From the NCBI RefSeq assembly GCF_009914755.1, contig NC_060948.1: a DNA stretch of 64,000 nt; one strand, 5' to 3'. A program made the translations under genes and the position numbers. Under the pieces are notes generated by a model that searched no databases, had not been told where the DNA came from, and worked only from the letters and a program-made list of their open reading frames with translations. This DNA comes from the human T2T-CHM13v2.0 reference genome, Homo sapiens. Shown one piece after another: positions 40,546-56,002 of the stretch; positions within the stretch are counted from its first letter, which is position 1, and each line of letters opens with the position of its first letter.

Positions 40546-41153
40546 ATTAATCAGGTGTTAAGATGTTTCTCTTTTTTCTTTGTTGGTAACCATGTAACAA
40601 GTCGGAAATTATCCTTAGTTTGAGAGCACAACACCTGTTTCAATTTTCTTCAATGTTAGAGAAAAAAGAAAAAAAAAAGTGACAGGATTTAGCAAGTTAA
40701 AGTAAGTATGATTCTTAATTCCATTCTTCCCAAAATGGTGAATTAACATGAGCTGCTGTCTCAATCCCTCAAGAAGAAGAAGAAATAAATGAAACATCTT
40801 TAAACATTTTTTAAGGAAAGTAAATATCAACTGTGTGAAACATCCTAGGGAAATAAAAGTCATTTTGAATTGATGGGAATGTGTGTTTTTGTATACACAT
40901 GGAGAATGCAGAGCTGAATATATTTTTTAGAATAGTTGAATTCTGCTCCTTAGTATCCCCTGCCATTGCCTTGTTTTAATCAACACCTGCCCCTTCACTA
41001 TGAAATTCTGTGGCAAAAATGCATCCCTTAGGCCAGGTGTCCACATGGGCAAAATAGTGCAAAAGCTTTTTTTCATGAAGTTTGACAAGCATCAAACATT
41101 TACTCTTCTCTTTCCTCTTCAAACTTCTAAAGCCATTTGATTACAACCTAGGG

Positions 41154-41354
41154 TAAGGATAAGGAAACTTTTTATCTGTAGTGGCCAGATATTTAATATT
41201 TTACATTTTGGAGACCACAAAGATCTCTGTCACATATTATTATTTATTTTTATAAACCCTTAAAATGTATAAACCATTTTAGTAAAAATCCTGTACAAAA
41301 CCACATTAGTTCTGAGGTGTATTTGTTCCACTCAATATTTTCTGCAGACTGCTG
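41154..41354 (+). mobile_element. MER58-like hAT (Charlie) MITE
   Basis: AAACTTTTTATCTGTAGTGGCCAGATA; 8-bp TSD ACCTAGGG at 41146-41153 and 41355-41362. Confidence 0.75.
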
Positions 41355-41659
41355 ACCTAGGGCATACCTTCTTCAATTCTGTTTTTCCCTCAGCTTCCAA
41401 AAGCAAGGTATGACTTAAAGAATTCCCTATAGATGGATATAAAACTGGAGTGAATGATAATGTTTCTTCTGTGCTTGGGGCTGCTTATTCTAAGAATCCA
41501 CCTATCCTTCTCTTTGATTATGCTACTGGAGAAAGGGTGTGAGTGACACTGACTGAAGTTTGGCCAGCCCTTGATGTGTGATATGCATTTCCAGTTAGAC
41601 TTACTCCAGTGTCACAGGCAAAAATAGAAATCTGAGAAGTATAAGTACTTTAAAAAATA

Positions 41660-43420
41660 ACTGGATTACAAATATACTAGAAGATAGAGATCGTAGACCA
41701 CATTGGTCATTTAAAATGATTATCTGAATTTATAATAAGTCATATATATATATACTAAAAATTAAAAGAAAAAATTTTAGTGATATGAAACAGAAAAAAG
41801 AACTCAGGAATAACTAGAAATTATAGGGTAAATAGTTGAATAAATACATATACAAAATGAACTAATGAGTTGAGAAACAATATTAAACTTTCCCAAAGTG
41901 TGTCCGGAGTTGGTTCCTGCCTGTGGGTTCGTGGTCTCACTGACTTCAAGAATGAAGCTGCAGACCTTCTCGGCGAGTGTTACAGCCCTTAAAGGTGGCA
42001 CAGACCCAAAGAGTGAGCAGCAGCAAGATTTATTGTGAAGAGTGAAAGAACAAAGTTTCCACAGCGTGGAAGGGGACCCAAGTGGGTTGCCGCTATTGGC
42101 CAGGGTGGCCAGCTTGTATTCCTTTATTTGTCCCCTACCATGTTCCATTTCTGTCCTATTAGAATGCCCTTTTTTTCAATCCTTCCTGCGATTGGCTACT
42201 TTTAAGATCCCTGATTGATACATTTTACAGACCTCTGATTGGTGCATTTTACAATCCTCTTGCTAGCTCCAGAGTGCTGGTTGGTGCATTTTGACAGAGT
42301 GCTGATAGTTGCATTTTACAATCCTCTTGTAAGACAGAAAAGTTCTCCAAGTCCCCACTCGATGCAGGAAGTCCAGCTGGCTTCACCTTTCAAAAGGAAA
42401 ATAAAAGTGGTAAAAGAAATAGAAGTTATAAACAAATAAACAAAAAGTTAAAAACTAGTAGAATAGTAGAAAACACATAAATAGGTGTTTAATAGAGGCC
42501 AGGATAAGTTAATTCTTACAAAGACACAAAGACCTGAGAATATTTGCAAGAGAATGACTCACCTTGAAAATCTTTTTGGGGGATCTATCCAAATTATAAA
42601 ATGAACAAATAGAACAGATGTTGCAAGAGACAGGCAAGGTAAAGTTGATTAAATAACTTGATAAATTTTGTAATTGTTAACAAATATAGCTAATAACAAA
42701 GAAAAGAGGGAGAAGATTATATTCATAGTTATCTAGAATTTAAATGATACAAAGCAACAACATAATATTCAGGGCACAGGTTATTGACAGATCAAGAATA
42801 TGAAAATATCAAACAGTATTTTCCAATTAGGAAGAAGGCATAAATGTAGATATCTGTGTTTGTTTGTTTCTTTGTATATGTGCGTTAAGAAAGAACAAAC
42901 ATAAAAGATGTTTAGTGAGTCAAATTCAAATAAAAAACTAGGATGTTAGAAGTCTATATATTTCAATATTTACAATAATTATAATAAATTGACCATTTAA
43001 AAGGCAGTGATTAAGGTTGAGTAATGTTAATAATAATAATAGAAACAACAACAACAGTAATAATAAAACCCAACCCTATGTTCCTTGTAAGGAAACCACA
43101 TACAGAAGAAATTCACACAGTTGAGAAAAAAAGGATGAAAATCAATATGATATAAAATTACTAATAAAATATCTGGTGTGTCATGTTTATACCATACAAC
43201 ATAGAGATATAAAAAGCATCATTAGGACAATTACATAATTATAAAAATTTAATTCACTAAGACAGTAAAGCAATTCTAATTGTATAGGCACCTAAAAGTT
43301 TCATAAAATATATATGTAGCAAATATTGATAGAATTACAAGGAAAAAGAAATTTCCCACTTCTATGGTAGAAAATTTTATCACAGCTTTATAAGCATATA
43401 ATATTTATAAACATAAATCG
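41660..43420 (+). mobile_element. Ancient L1M ORF1/ORF2-start remnants, interrupted by LTR12
   Basis: Very A-rich degenerate L1-like sequence (AATTCTAATTGTATAGGCACCTAA, ATAGAATTACAAGGA). Confidence 0.5.
41899..42392 (-). mobile_element. ERV9 solo LTR (LTR12, short LTR12F-like)
   Basis: GACTTCAAGAATGAAGCTGCAGACC, GAGTGAGCAGCAGCAAGATTTATTG, CTGATTGGTGCATTTTACA repeats; TG...CA; TSD AAAG at 41895-41898 and 42393-42396. Confidence 0.93.
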
Positions 43421-45041
43421 AAGTCTAAGAGTGACATCAACAAAATGGTTGACCAGGAAACTCCATGATCTTGTTCTTCTGTCAATGCAACACACAAAAA
43501 AAAACCCAAAAAACTGATGAAATAGACTTTGTAAGAGCCCTGAAAAACAGACAAATGTCTACAGCAACTAGTGAACATCCAATCAAGAAATTTAAAAAAT
43601 AATGGTAAGTTTTAAAGTGATTTTGTTCAAACTTGTCCCACCTCCTTCCTGGTGCAGCATGGTCTTGGTCTGCAGGATGTTGCAGCCCAGTTTTAAATTT
43701 TCTTTCTCAAACTGGAGGACACAGAACAGATATTATTTCTAATGTTTTAACCTTTCTGGGAGCTGCCTCTTTATCTTATGTTGGAGCTCAGTTCAGGCAA
43801 CATAGTTGAAAGAGGCAGGCACAGCTCTTATACTGCAGGCAGACAAAGAAGCACAGGCACCTGGGGGTAAAAGATTATGAGTAGAGATGTACAATAGACA
43901 GTCTAAATCTCTTAGGAAAAGCTGGGTTGAACCTCTTTGGGAAATGAAGATGTTAAAAAGCAGCTGTATACGGCACATAAGGATGAATTTTTAAAAGTCT
44001 GATCTGAGACTCCTGATCAGAAAAGACCAGAGAAGACCTTCAGCCTCATATCAGGCTGATTCTAAGGCTCAAAAAATGCTCTGCTGATTAGAGAATGACT
44101 TCCTTGGCTCAGAGCCAGTCTTCAAAGACTGAGAGAGGAATCTGCTTTTTTTGAATATTCAATGTTTGACAGCAACAAAAATAACAAGGCATACAGAAAA
44201 CATCAGAAAAATCTGATCCATTCAAAACAAACAAACAAACAAACAATAAAGTTGAAGAAATTGTCTCTAGAGAAACACAGGCTTGGACTTACTAGCCAAA
44301 ATTTTAAAGTAACTGTGTTTCCCTTATGCTGAAAGACCTGAAGGGAAAGATGGACATGGAATAATAAAAATCAGAAAAACAATATAAGAGCAAAATGAAA
44401 ATATCAACAAAACTACAGAAATTATAAAAAGAAAGCCAAATCAAAATTCTTATATTAAAAAATTGTATAACTGAATTGAAACATTCACAAAAGGGATTCA
44501 ACAGTATATGCAAGTAAGCAGAGGGAAGAATCAACAACTTGACTAGTTGTTTGAAATAATTGAGTGTGAGAAGCAAAAAGAAAAAAAAAGAATAAATAAG
44601 GGTAAACATAAACTAAAAAAACTTAAGGGACTTCATTAAAAGGACCACTGTACAGATCACACGAGTCTCAGAAGGAAAAGACAGATAAATAACGGGGTAG
44701 AGAGAGTATTTTGAAGAATTAATGGTTGAAAACTCTCTAAATTTGAGAAAATACATGAATCTATAAATCCAAGAAGCTCCCAAGAAGACCGACACTGAAC
44801 AATCAAATATTCAAAAGCCAAAAGAGAATCTTGAAACCAGCAAGAGAAACTCATGTAACCCACTATATACAAGGGATTCTCAATAAGATTAACAGTGGAT
44901 ATCATAACAGAAACTTTGGAGGGAAAAAGGGAGTAGAATGATATATTTAAAGTGGTGAAAATAGAAAATTGTTAACCAATAGTTTTTATATCCAGCAAAA
45001 CTGTCTTTTGAAAATGAGGGAGAAATTAAGACATTCTCAGA

Positions 45042-45393
45042 TGTCTTAGGCCACTTCTGGTGCTATAGCTGACTAGTACAGACTGGGTAATTCTTCAAAC
45101 AAAAAAGAAAAGTCTATTTGGCTCATGGCTCCAAAGGCTAGGAAGTTTAAGAGCATGGCACCAGCATCTGGTGAGGGTAATGTCCCAGTGCAAGGATGGA
45201 AGGCAGAAGTAAACACTTGATATATAGAGAGATGTGAGCTGAATTGATCCTTTTTATCATAAATCAACTCCCACAATAACTAACCTAGTCCTCTGGTAGT
45301 GATACTAATCCATTTATGAGGATGGAGCCCTCATAGCCTATCACTTTGTTAAGGCCCCATCACCCAACACCATCACAATGACAATTAAATTTC

Positions 45394-45395
<2 letters not shown>
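45042..45395 (-). mobile_element. MST (MSTC/D-like) LTR, truncated at the (CA)n tract
   Basis: TGTCTTAG...CAGACTGGGTAATT...AGCATGGCACCAGCATCTGGTGAGGG...CAATTAAATTTCAACA. Confidence 0.8.

Positions 45396-45443
<48 letters not shown>
45395..45443. repeat. (CA)n microsatellite
   Basis: Pure CA run of ~48 nt. Confidence 0.97.
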
Positions 45444-45446
<3 letters not shown>

Positions 45447-46529
45447 GTATATGAATATAGATCCAGATGGTAACACATATAAGTATTTATAGATATGTGT
45501 ATTTACACAGGTTAGTATGCACAGATATATTTCTTTTCCCCATTAGCTGAGAGGGCCTAAGAGAAGCAATATCTCAGAAGTAAATTACATACTTAATTTC
45601 CCAAATCTCGATTTCTAATACCATCCTCCAATAAAAGAGCCAGAGTTTCTCTGAGAATTGGCTGATTTTAGGACTGGGGCAGAAAATATACAAAATGAGT
45701 CTGGAACATTTTTCAAGGCCAGAAAGTTAAAAAAAAAAGTGCTCAGTTACATAGAGATGGGGGTATATCAAGAAACAGAAGCGCCATTGAAAGAGTTCCC
45801 AATGGCCAATGCTGGAACAATTTGAACAACACAATGAATAAAGTAGTACCAAATTGTAACTTAAAGTATAAATCTTCATGAGTCCAAAAACTAACATAAA
45901 TAAATGATTGAATAAATTAATAAATGGGTGTGAAGACACAAATTTTTCACATGGACAAAGTACAAATAAAGTATGTAGATAATCCATCCTAAAGGGGGAT
46001 AACATAACTCCTCATTATTTACGGGTGGGCTCTGCATATCAACTTCTTTTTAAAGAGTATAGAAAGTGGGAAAAAGAGTGACTCTAAAGTGCAGAAGCCT
46101 AACAAACACTATTTCAACCAGGTAATCAATGTGAACATCAAAATTCATAAACCAGGTTGATAGTATGTTCCTTTGATATGATACATAAAATGGCACATTT
46201 TCTCTGTAATCTTCCTTGTAAAACCACATTATTCTGTCTAATGATGAGAAAGACATTAGACAAATTGAGAGACTTTCTATAAAATGCCTGACTAGCACTC
46301 CTCAAAACTGTCATGTTTATTAAAAAGAAGAAAAGTTTTGGAAATGGCCATAGTTAAAAAAAGCTTAAGGAATCATAATAACTACATGTAATGTGGTATT
46401 CAGGATGGGATTCTGGAACTGAAAAAAAAAAGACATTAGGAGAAACTTAAAAAATCTTAATAAAGTAACAATATATTAATATGGGTATATTAATTGTTAC
46501 AAATTTACCATATTGAAATAAGATGAAGC

Positions 46530-46833
<304 letters not shown>

Positions 46834-47497
46834 TGAAGGCCAGAATGACTGGAGAAAAAGAAACTAGTGTATTTTGTAAAAAAGATATAGAGAGATAGAT
46901 GATGCAGATATAGATACAGGTGATAGATAGAGAGAGAGAGAGGCATGGATATATGCAAGGGAATGGTGAAATGACAAATATGAGACTTTAAAAAGTGGTC
47001 ACTTTCTTTTGGGTAAACTACAAGAACTGTCAAAGGATGTATATGAGTACATAGGAGATATTGTTAGTAATATACATCTCATGTTTGTAGTGTATTCACA
47101 GGTTTTTATATTTATAGATCTCTCTCTCTCTCCCCACACACACACGTATATTATAGAGAGACAATAGATCGATAGACCAATAGATACAGATAGATCAATG
47201 CATCCACACATACATACATATATTCATGCATAAATGTAAAATTTTAAAAGTCATATACACAGCAATGATGAGAAACTCTTATGAACAACGAAGTGTCATT
47301 ATTCCAATTATATGCAACTTATGTTAATCAGCAAATAAGCAGAATAAGAGACGAGCTGTACATTGGCTCTCCAGGGCAAATGCTGATCAATAAAGAGTAT
47401 ATTTCTTAGGCCTTGCCAGGGATCTATAGTAAAAACAAAATTGAGAAACAGAAAAAAAAAATTGAAAATTAGAATTATAAAAAAATTATGAAATTAA

Positions 47498-48132
47498 TGT
47501 GTCTGGAGTTGGTTACTGCTGGTGGGTTTGTGGTCTTGCTGACTTCAAGAATGAAGCCGCAGACCTTCGCGGTGAGTGTTACAGCTCTTAAAGGTGGCAC
47601 AGACCCAAAGAGTGAGCAGCAGCAAGATTTATTGTGAAAAACAAAAGAACAAAGTTTCCACAGTGTGTAAGGGGACCCGAGTGGGTTGCTACTGCTGGCC
47701 GGGGTGGCCAGTTTTTATTCCCTTATTTGTCCCCTCCCATGTTCCGTTTCTATCCTATCAGAATGCTCTTTTTTCAATCCTCCCTGTGATTGGCTACTTT
47801 TAGGATCCTGCTGATTGGTGCATTTTACAGAGCACTGACTGGTGCATTTTACAGAGCACTGATTGGTGCATTTTACAATCCTGGTGCTAGCTACAGAGTG
47901 CTGATTGGTGCGTTTTTACAGAGCGCTGATTGGTGCGTTTTTACAGAGCGCTGATTGGTGCGTTTTTACAGAGCGCTGATTTGTGCATTTTACAATCCTT
48001 TTGCTAGCTACAGAGTGCTGATTGGTGTGTTTTACAGAGCACTGATTGCTGCATTTTGCAATTCTCTTGTAAGACAGAAAAGTTCTCCAAGTCCCCACTA
48101 GACCCAGGAAGTCCGGCTGGCTTCACCTCTCA
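47498..48132 (-). mobile_element. ERV9 solo LTR (LTR12) with expanded CCAAT repeats
   Basis: Same LTR12 hallmarks as 41899-42392; TG...CA; TSD TTAA at 47494-47497 and 48133-48136. Confidence 0.94.
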
Positions 48133-50185
48133 TTAATAGGCAAGGCTTTGAAGTTTGAGTGGGACTAAAGTAGGTTTTCAAGGTATATATGGGATGTAAC
48201 CCAGGGAGAAATAGTATAGAATTATTTCTGGGAACTGAATCTCAGGGCTCTTAATAGGTAGAGATGCTTTTAAAAACAGAGGAGAGCTCTTGAATACTAC
48301 AGATAATTGACTCAATCATTGCAATAAACTTTTCCCCAGAAAGCTTTTGTTTTTGCTGCTGTCGAGGAAAGTTAAGCCAGATGAACCAAAGAACAGCTAG
48401 GCTGTTGTGTACAAACACTGAAACAAATTTCCTGAGATGTAACTTGGAATTTATGAGAATGTTTTAATTATATAAAAAATAGTTTTTCTGTTTTTCCCAT
48501 TCCTACTCCTCCTTGTTCTTTTGCCTACATTGATAAGTGTTGGGGTTGGGGGTGCAGGAGGGTAAGACTTGATTAGTTCCTGAAAAAGAAAAATGATTCC
48601 TTAAGTGCCTATAGTGCCTGTGATGCCACTGACTCAAAGTCAGGTAATGGAGAATGAAAAGGTCGAAATCTGTTAGATAGACCTGAGATTTATCTTGTAC
48701 TTTTGAACTCAACTCACTGGAAGTCTGCCTTAGAAAGAATTACCTTAGTAAAATCTCGAACTAATTTCATTTTGGGTCTTCTAGAATTTACTCCAAGTCA
48801 TAATAACTGCTGAAGAGTGAAAGGAAAAGCAATAAACTTTCTAGCAAAAGGCTAGAAAGAATACAAAGATGCAGAAAGACAGCTAATTCTGCATATTGAG
48901 TCAAAGCCGTTTTATCTTTGAGTGCTAGGTAATAATAAGAGTTTACTAGATATTTGGCAAATCATTTAGTCTCTAGAGTTTTACACACAGAGTTAGACAA
49001 AAATTAGTTCATTTGTCTTACATTTGCCCGCTTTAAAGAATAACGTTTTTTCAGCTTGTCAATTCTACTGCTTTCCCCAGCGTCTGCATAATAAGGCAGA
49101 CAACTCAACACAGGAGTTGATCTGTGATCAACACATTCAAGTGATCACGTCTCCTTCCTTGGCAGAATACTCCTTGATTCTTGTAACGGGAATGTCTATA
49201 TTTCAACTTGAGATTGGCAGTTTAATTGCCTAACCTAATACTAACTAGTTTGAAGCATGGATAGTCACTAAACAGAACAGTTTTATTTTCATACAAAACA
49301 GATATTCTTCATTAAAATTAAGTATTTTCAGGCACAGCTTGCTAATATAGCTATTAAGGATAATTAAGAAAACTTTCAAGTTTTTCACTTAGGAAATTCC
49401 ATGTATGAAAGCAAAATAAATTTTCCTTCAAGTCCTTCCTCTTGCCATTTTCCCATATCCAGTACTGTACAGACTTTAGAAGAGTTTATTTTATCATAAT
49501 TTATTAAATATGGTCACAACACAGTACATGCTGGAAGATAGGTTCTTTTAAAAATCCAATTATGCCCCTGACACTTGAGCCAACTAAAGGACATAAGTCA
49601 GAGAGCCATCTGATTTTTTCTTTTGACTAAGGAGGGCCTAAATTAATTCCATAGGGATGATTAAATTTAGATTTAGAGGTTGTATAAGCAAACTGAGGTT
49701 AGCTTATGAGTTTTATTCTGGGACAAAAGGTCAAGAAGTGCTTATTTTAAACCTGACATATCCTGTTTTTCAGGAGCTCTGAAAAGTTAAAAAATTTGGC
49801 AGGAGGTTGGGAAACTACAGCATATACATCTGACCTAGAGGCACTCTCTGAATGGCTTTTCTTTCTTTCTTTCTTTTTTTTTTCTAGACAGGCTATCAAT
49901 TTAACAAAGAAGGATTATGGCAGTAAGTTGTCAAATGAGCTGACAAAATCAACTGTCACGTTTTATGGTGGCCCGGGTTTCGAGAATGTACAGATAATTT
50001 TTCCTCAAAAGGAGAATGTCTGGTTTTCTTTATTTTTCTGATTTCTTCAAAGGCATAGTCTACCTAAACTGAAAAAAACTCAGAAAAAAAAATGAAAACG
50101 GAAAAGGAATATATTTTTCTTCTATATATTATTTTAAAAATACCTTTTTATCAAGTATCCTGATAACTTTTCTGAGTTAGCCATT

Positions 50186-50335
50186 GTATTAGTTTCCTAT
50201 TGCTGTTTAACTACCAAAAATATAATAGCTTGAAAAAAATGAAGTTCTAGTTCAGCAGGTCAGAATTTCAAACACAAATGACTGCATTCTCTGCTCAGGG
50301 TCTGACAAGACTGAAATAAATGTGTTGGCAATACC
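50186..50335 (-). mobile_element. MLT1 LTR fragment
   Basis: TGTATTAGTTTCCTATTGCTG...TCTCTGCTCAGGGTCT. Confidence 0.6.
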
Positions 50336-50612
50336 ATGCTACCTATTGTATATGAAATGTACTTTGTGTTTCGGGCTTGCTACAGGCATGCTCTTTCCTT
50401 GTGCAAATTGTTATTGACAATGTCAGTTATAAGTTTGGAGATACATTGTTAATTCAATAGTATTAATTCCCTGTTGTGCTTGGCCTTTCCCACACCTCTA
50501 AAATAACAGTTATACAATTGACTCTAGAATAACCAAGGAAAGCATTACGATTTTCAGTATTCACAGTGGTGAAAATTAATAATGGTGCGTTTGTGGAAGA
50601 AAAAATGAAAGT

Positions 50613-51197
<585 letters not shown>

Positions 51198-51545
51198 AAA
51201 GAACTCAGGAAAAATATGTCAACAGCATCATATATTGTCTTTCTTTCTAACTTTCTTCAACTCCAAACATACCCTTTGAAGGGTGCAAAGTTTTCCAAGG
51301 GCATAGCTCTAGGTGAGTTCGTAAGAATATGAATTGTTCAATTGTAGTTTTAATTTTCTACACGGCAGAAAAATATTGTATGGAGCGAATAATTGTGGGG
51401 TACTGAGTTTAGAGAGAATGAACTCTTTTATGTGTAATAAGTTATAAATTTAAAACCTCTTGAAAATATAATAGGAGCATATCTGATCTAACCAACTTGT
51501 ATTATTAATTTAGTTATTTCATATATTTTAAAAAATATTTATTAA

Positions 51546-52078
<533 letters not shown>

Positions 52079-52159
52079 CAAGCCTGTGCTTTTGAACACT
52101 GCTCTATAGTGTCTCATATAACAGTGGTGGGCAATACCTTTAAGCCAATTTCATTTTTC

Positions 52160-52521
52160 TGTCTTACCATAGGATGTTGAAGCCGCTATAACAAAATACC
52201 ACAACTGGGTGGCTTATAACAACAGAAATTTATTTTTCACAATGCTGGAGCCTGGAAAATCCAAGATCATGGTGCTGGCAGATTTGGTTTCAGGTAAAAG
52301 CTATTTTCTGGTTCATATTTGATGCCTTCTAACAGTGTCCCTTTATGGTGGAAGGGGACAACGATAGCCTCTTCAGCCTGTTATAAGGACTCTAATCCCA
52401 TTCATGAGTGTCTCACCCTCATGTCTGAATTACCTCCCCAAAGGCCCCACCTTCTAAACACAACATAAGGGGGTTATTTTTCAACATATAAATTTTGAGG
52501 AAACACATTCAATCCGTGGCA
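52160..52521 (-). mobile_element. MaLR solo LTR (MLT1A-like)
   Basis: GCTATAACAAAATACCACAACTGGGTGGCTTATAACAACAGAAATTTATT, CTAATCCCATTCATGAG, CAAAGGCCCCACC. Confidence 0.85.
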
Positions 52522-52814
52522 ATCATATATTTCTTTGTTCTAAAGTTAGTTGTATCAGTTTGGGAACGGCTGGTAGTGCCCTTTCAACTATTTTAAAAGC
52601 AACACATGAGTAGACTATGAACCAGTGCATACTAAGACATTATGCTTAACTTCCATTCAGTGTTCTTAAAGTCCTTCAAGACTCTTTTTAATCCTATTTT
52701 CAGGATCTTTGCTCATTTCTGAAACAATAATGTGTCGAAGGGCTTATACACAGTCATGTTAATCTGAAGGTGAAGAGCTGTACTAGTTAGATACTAATCA
52801 TAGCTCCAGTTTGA

Positions 52815-53089
<275 letters not shown>

Positions 53090-53659
53090 ATACATTTTTC
53101 TTTCTGCTTGATTTGAATAAATTATTCTGAAAAGTTTCATCCTGCATATATTGTTTTTAAAATACTATTTTAGAAGAAAAGGTTATTTAAATTTAGAGAG
53201 TCACTATGTTTTCCCTTTGGAAATAAGTTCCATTAGGCTTTCTTGTTATACAAAGTAATTACATAAAATCATTGACAAACTATGTCAGTAGAAAGTACTC
53301 AATATATTTCCAAAATGGAATAAATCCTGTAAGCCCCAATAATTTCTTTAATGTACTCTATAAAATTTCTTTTGAGATCTAGGCTTCATAGAAAACTAAA
53401 TTGTGGTTCATAATTTTAACATGCCATAATAAATATCTTCATTAAAATGGAATTTTAAACCTAATTTTAAAATGAGCAAATGTTTTCTTTACTATGTTTG
53501 TTCAGCATTTCTAATTATCATCCTTAAAAAGTGTAAAACCCCAAATAACTTTCTGACTAACTTAATACGTATCAATACATGCTCATAGTATTTTTGCGAG
53601 ATTTATTTTAAAATAGTTGTATATAATCACTGTCTTCATTTTGGTTCCTATGATTTTCT

Positions 53660-54075
53660 CTTAAACCCAGTCTATTCAGTCTTTTATCCCAACCACTTCA
53701 CTGACATTTCTTTTGTGAAGATCCCAAATTATCTCAACATTGCCCAATCCAATGGCTAGACTTCAGTCCTCATCCTACCAAATTATTTGCACCATTCAAC
53801 ACATTTCTTACACTTTCTTCATTTGACTTCCAAAACACTATCATCTCTTCATCTTCCTCTTACCTCATTGTTGGTTCTTGTCAGCTTTCTTTGCTGATTT
53901 CTGCCTAGCTCCTCAGTGCCAACGTGCTTAGCCTGTGGCCTTTTCTTTTCTACACCCAGTAATATTCTTGAGAATGCAATTTCGCATCATGCATTTATAT
54001 AACATCTATATGCTGACAATGTCAAATTTTTGTATCCAATCCACACATCTTTAGTGAACTCTTTTATACTCAAAT
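53660..54075 (+). mobile_element. L2 fragment
   Basis: CATTGCCCAATCCAATGG...TCAGTCCTCATC...CATCTATATGCTGACAA. Confidence 0.65.
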
Positions 54076-55279
54076 ATTATTTATTTTCTGTTTTTTTTAC
54101 ATGAATATAAGCTCTCTAGAAAAGAGAACCATTTCATTTGCAAATGCATCCCACTCTTCACTAGAAAATTACTTGGCAAATGATAAGGGCTTGATAAAGA
54201 GTTAATAAAGGAAAGAAAGAATGAATTAAATATTTTACGTACATATGTGTGTATATATCCATATGGATATATGAGAGATAAATATTTCACAAATATTTGA
54301 TTAAGTTGAACACATTATTCCTTTGTCATGCTATGCATCAATTTTCCCTTTCAATAACATTTTGCTCTTTTCAACATTTAGATGTCTTTCAAATAATATG
54401 AATTGTAGGTGTTTTCTTCTTAATGACTGCTCTGATAACTTAGTACTTATTAGCTCTTGTTATATTAGAAACAAAGATATTCAGAGTTGAATGAGAGGAA
54501 AAGCAATATGAGTTTTCTGCTGATCTAGGTAAAAAGGAAAATGAAGCAAAGAAGAGAAAGATGGTTCTTGTAGCAGGGGTTTTCAGAACTTAAGTAGAAT
54601 CCTGTTTTTGAACACTGAATTTGACTCCCTGCAGTCAGCCTTAAAAATACATACAGAATACAAAATGTATTGAGTTCTTTAAAGTGCAAAAGGTGAAGGG
54701 CTGTTGTTAGTTGGAGTTCTTCCAGAAGACAGTCCTGTCTCAAACAGTGTTTGGTTCTTAAGAGAGGTTAACTTCCCAGCACAAATATGACATTAAAGAG
54801 CTAATCATCAGTCTTCCTCTTTCCTGACAGAGCTTTGATCCACAGTTGAACCTTTTTCTTTTTCTTTCAAACTACATTCAGTTGTAGTCCCTGGGGAAAA
54901 GTCAGATTCCTGTTGATTGTCCTCAGCTCAAGGAGAAGGGTTTCATCTTTATTTATAGCACTTGTGAAGTGCCCACAGGACACAGCAAGGTCAGCGTCCT
55001 AGCTAAGACCTAAGACCTATCCATAGTATATAGAAATAAGGCAACCTTTGCATCCTCGAGAAACTTATATTCTAAAGTATGGATTGAGTCAATGGCCTTT
55101 GAAATGGTAACTATTTTGAATAAAAAACATCAGAGGAGCAGGATTTGAGAGATGAACACATAGCAATGCATAAAGTAGATTTACTGAATAGAAGTCTAGT
55201 ACTATAAGTAATTAAATAAAAGCCTTCTCAGCCCAGGTTGTGGCAATTCTGGATTTTTATTTTTCCTGTCTTGCAAAAG

Positions 55280-55447
55280 AGTGATTCTTAACCTTGGCTG
55301 CACATTAACATTACCTGAAAATCTTTTAAAAACCTTGTCAGACCTCGCCCTGACAAATCAAAATCTCTTTCTAGGACCAAGATATTAGTAATTTGTTTTA
55401 AACTCACTAGGTGATACCAATATGCATCCAAGTTTGAGAATAAGTAT
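55280..55447 (+). mobile_element. MER5A-like MITE
   Basis: GTGATTCTTAACCTTGGCTGCACATT...AGGTGATACCAATATGCATCCAAGTTTGAGAA. Confidence 0.75.
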
Positions 55448-55799
55448 TCTTGGCTCATAAAATAGAGTTATGACAGCTATATAAACAAAACAGATATTAT
55501 ACATTTTAGAAAATATGTGACAACGGAATCATTCATGTCAATGGCAAAATAATTATAACAATTCATTAACCAATATTTGTTATATAGACTTTTGGGGTAT
55601 TATTTTTTTAGCACGTTTATAATTGGTTTTCTGAGAGATACATAAAACCCAGCCATAATGACAAAAGTAAATACTGGTCACCCAACTCAAGATTTGGGAA
55701 AACCTTACTAGCCTTGTTATAGAGAGTAATAACTTCCTCTAGGCATGCTAAAAAGTACAAGAATGAGAGGCATGATCTCATTCCTATTCTCAAATATGT

Positions 55800-55928
55800 C
55801 CAGTGATCTTTACTCAATACATAGATAATTTGTACCTGAATCAGAATCTCTGGGATAGAGCCAAGGATCTTTATTTTTAATAATCTCCCAGTTAATTATT
55901 ATTTACACTGAAGTGTAAAAATCACAGG
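55800..55928 (+). mobile_element. MER5-like MITE fragment
   Basis: CTGAATCAGAATCTCTGGG...ATCTTTATTTTTAATAATCTCCC. Confidence 0.55.
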
Positions 55929-56002
55929 CTTATTTTTACACTATAATTAACAGTAACAACAAAACCAGATATGGTAAATACAGTAAATTTAAAATCCCTA
56001 AG

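Larger units (their letters stand above)
43428..46525 (+). mobile_element. L1MD/L1MC-like element: 5'UTR+ORF1 (43428-45040) joined to 3'UTR (45445-46525), ORF2 absent
   Basis: GAGTGACATCAACAAAATGG 5' end; ORF1 motifs (GAATTAATGGTTGAAAACT, TATATCCAGCAAAACTGTC); 3'UTR TAGCTGAGAGGGCCTA, TTTCTAATACCATCCTCCAATAAAAG. Confidence 0.7.

Noticed and set aside
47800-48060. CRISPR-like array of ~24-25-bp repeats
   Set aside because: No unique spacers; this is the known LTR12 U3 tandem repeat in a primate genome
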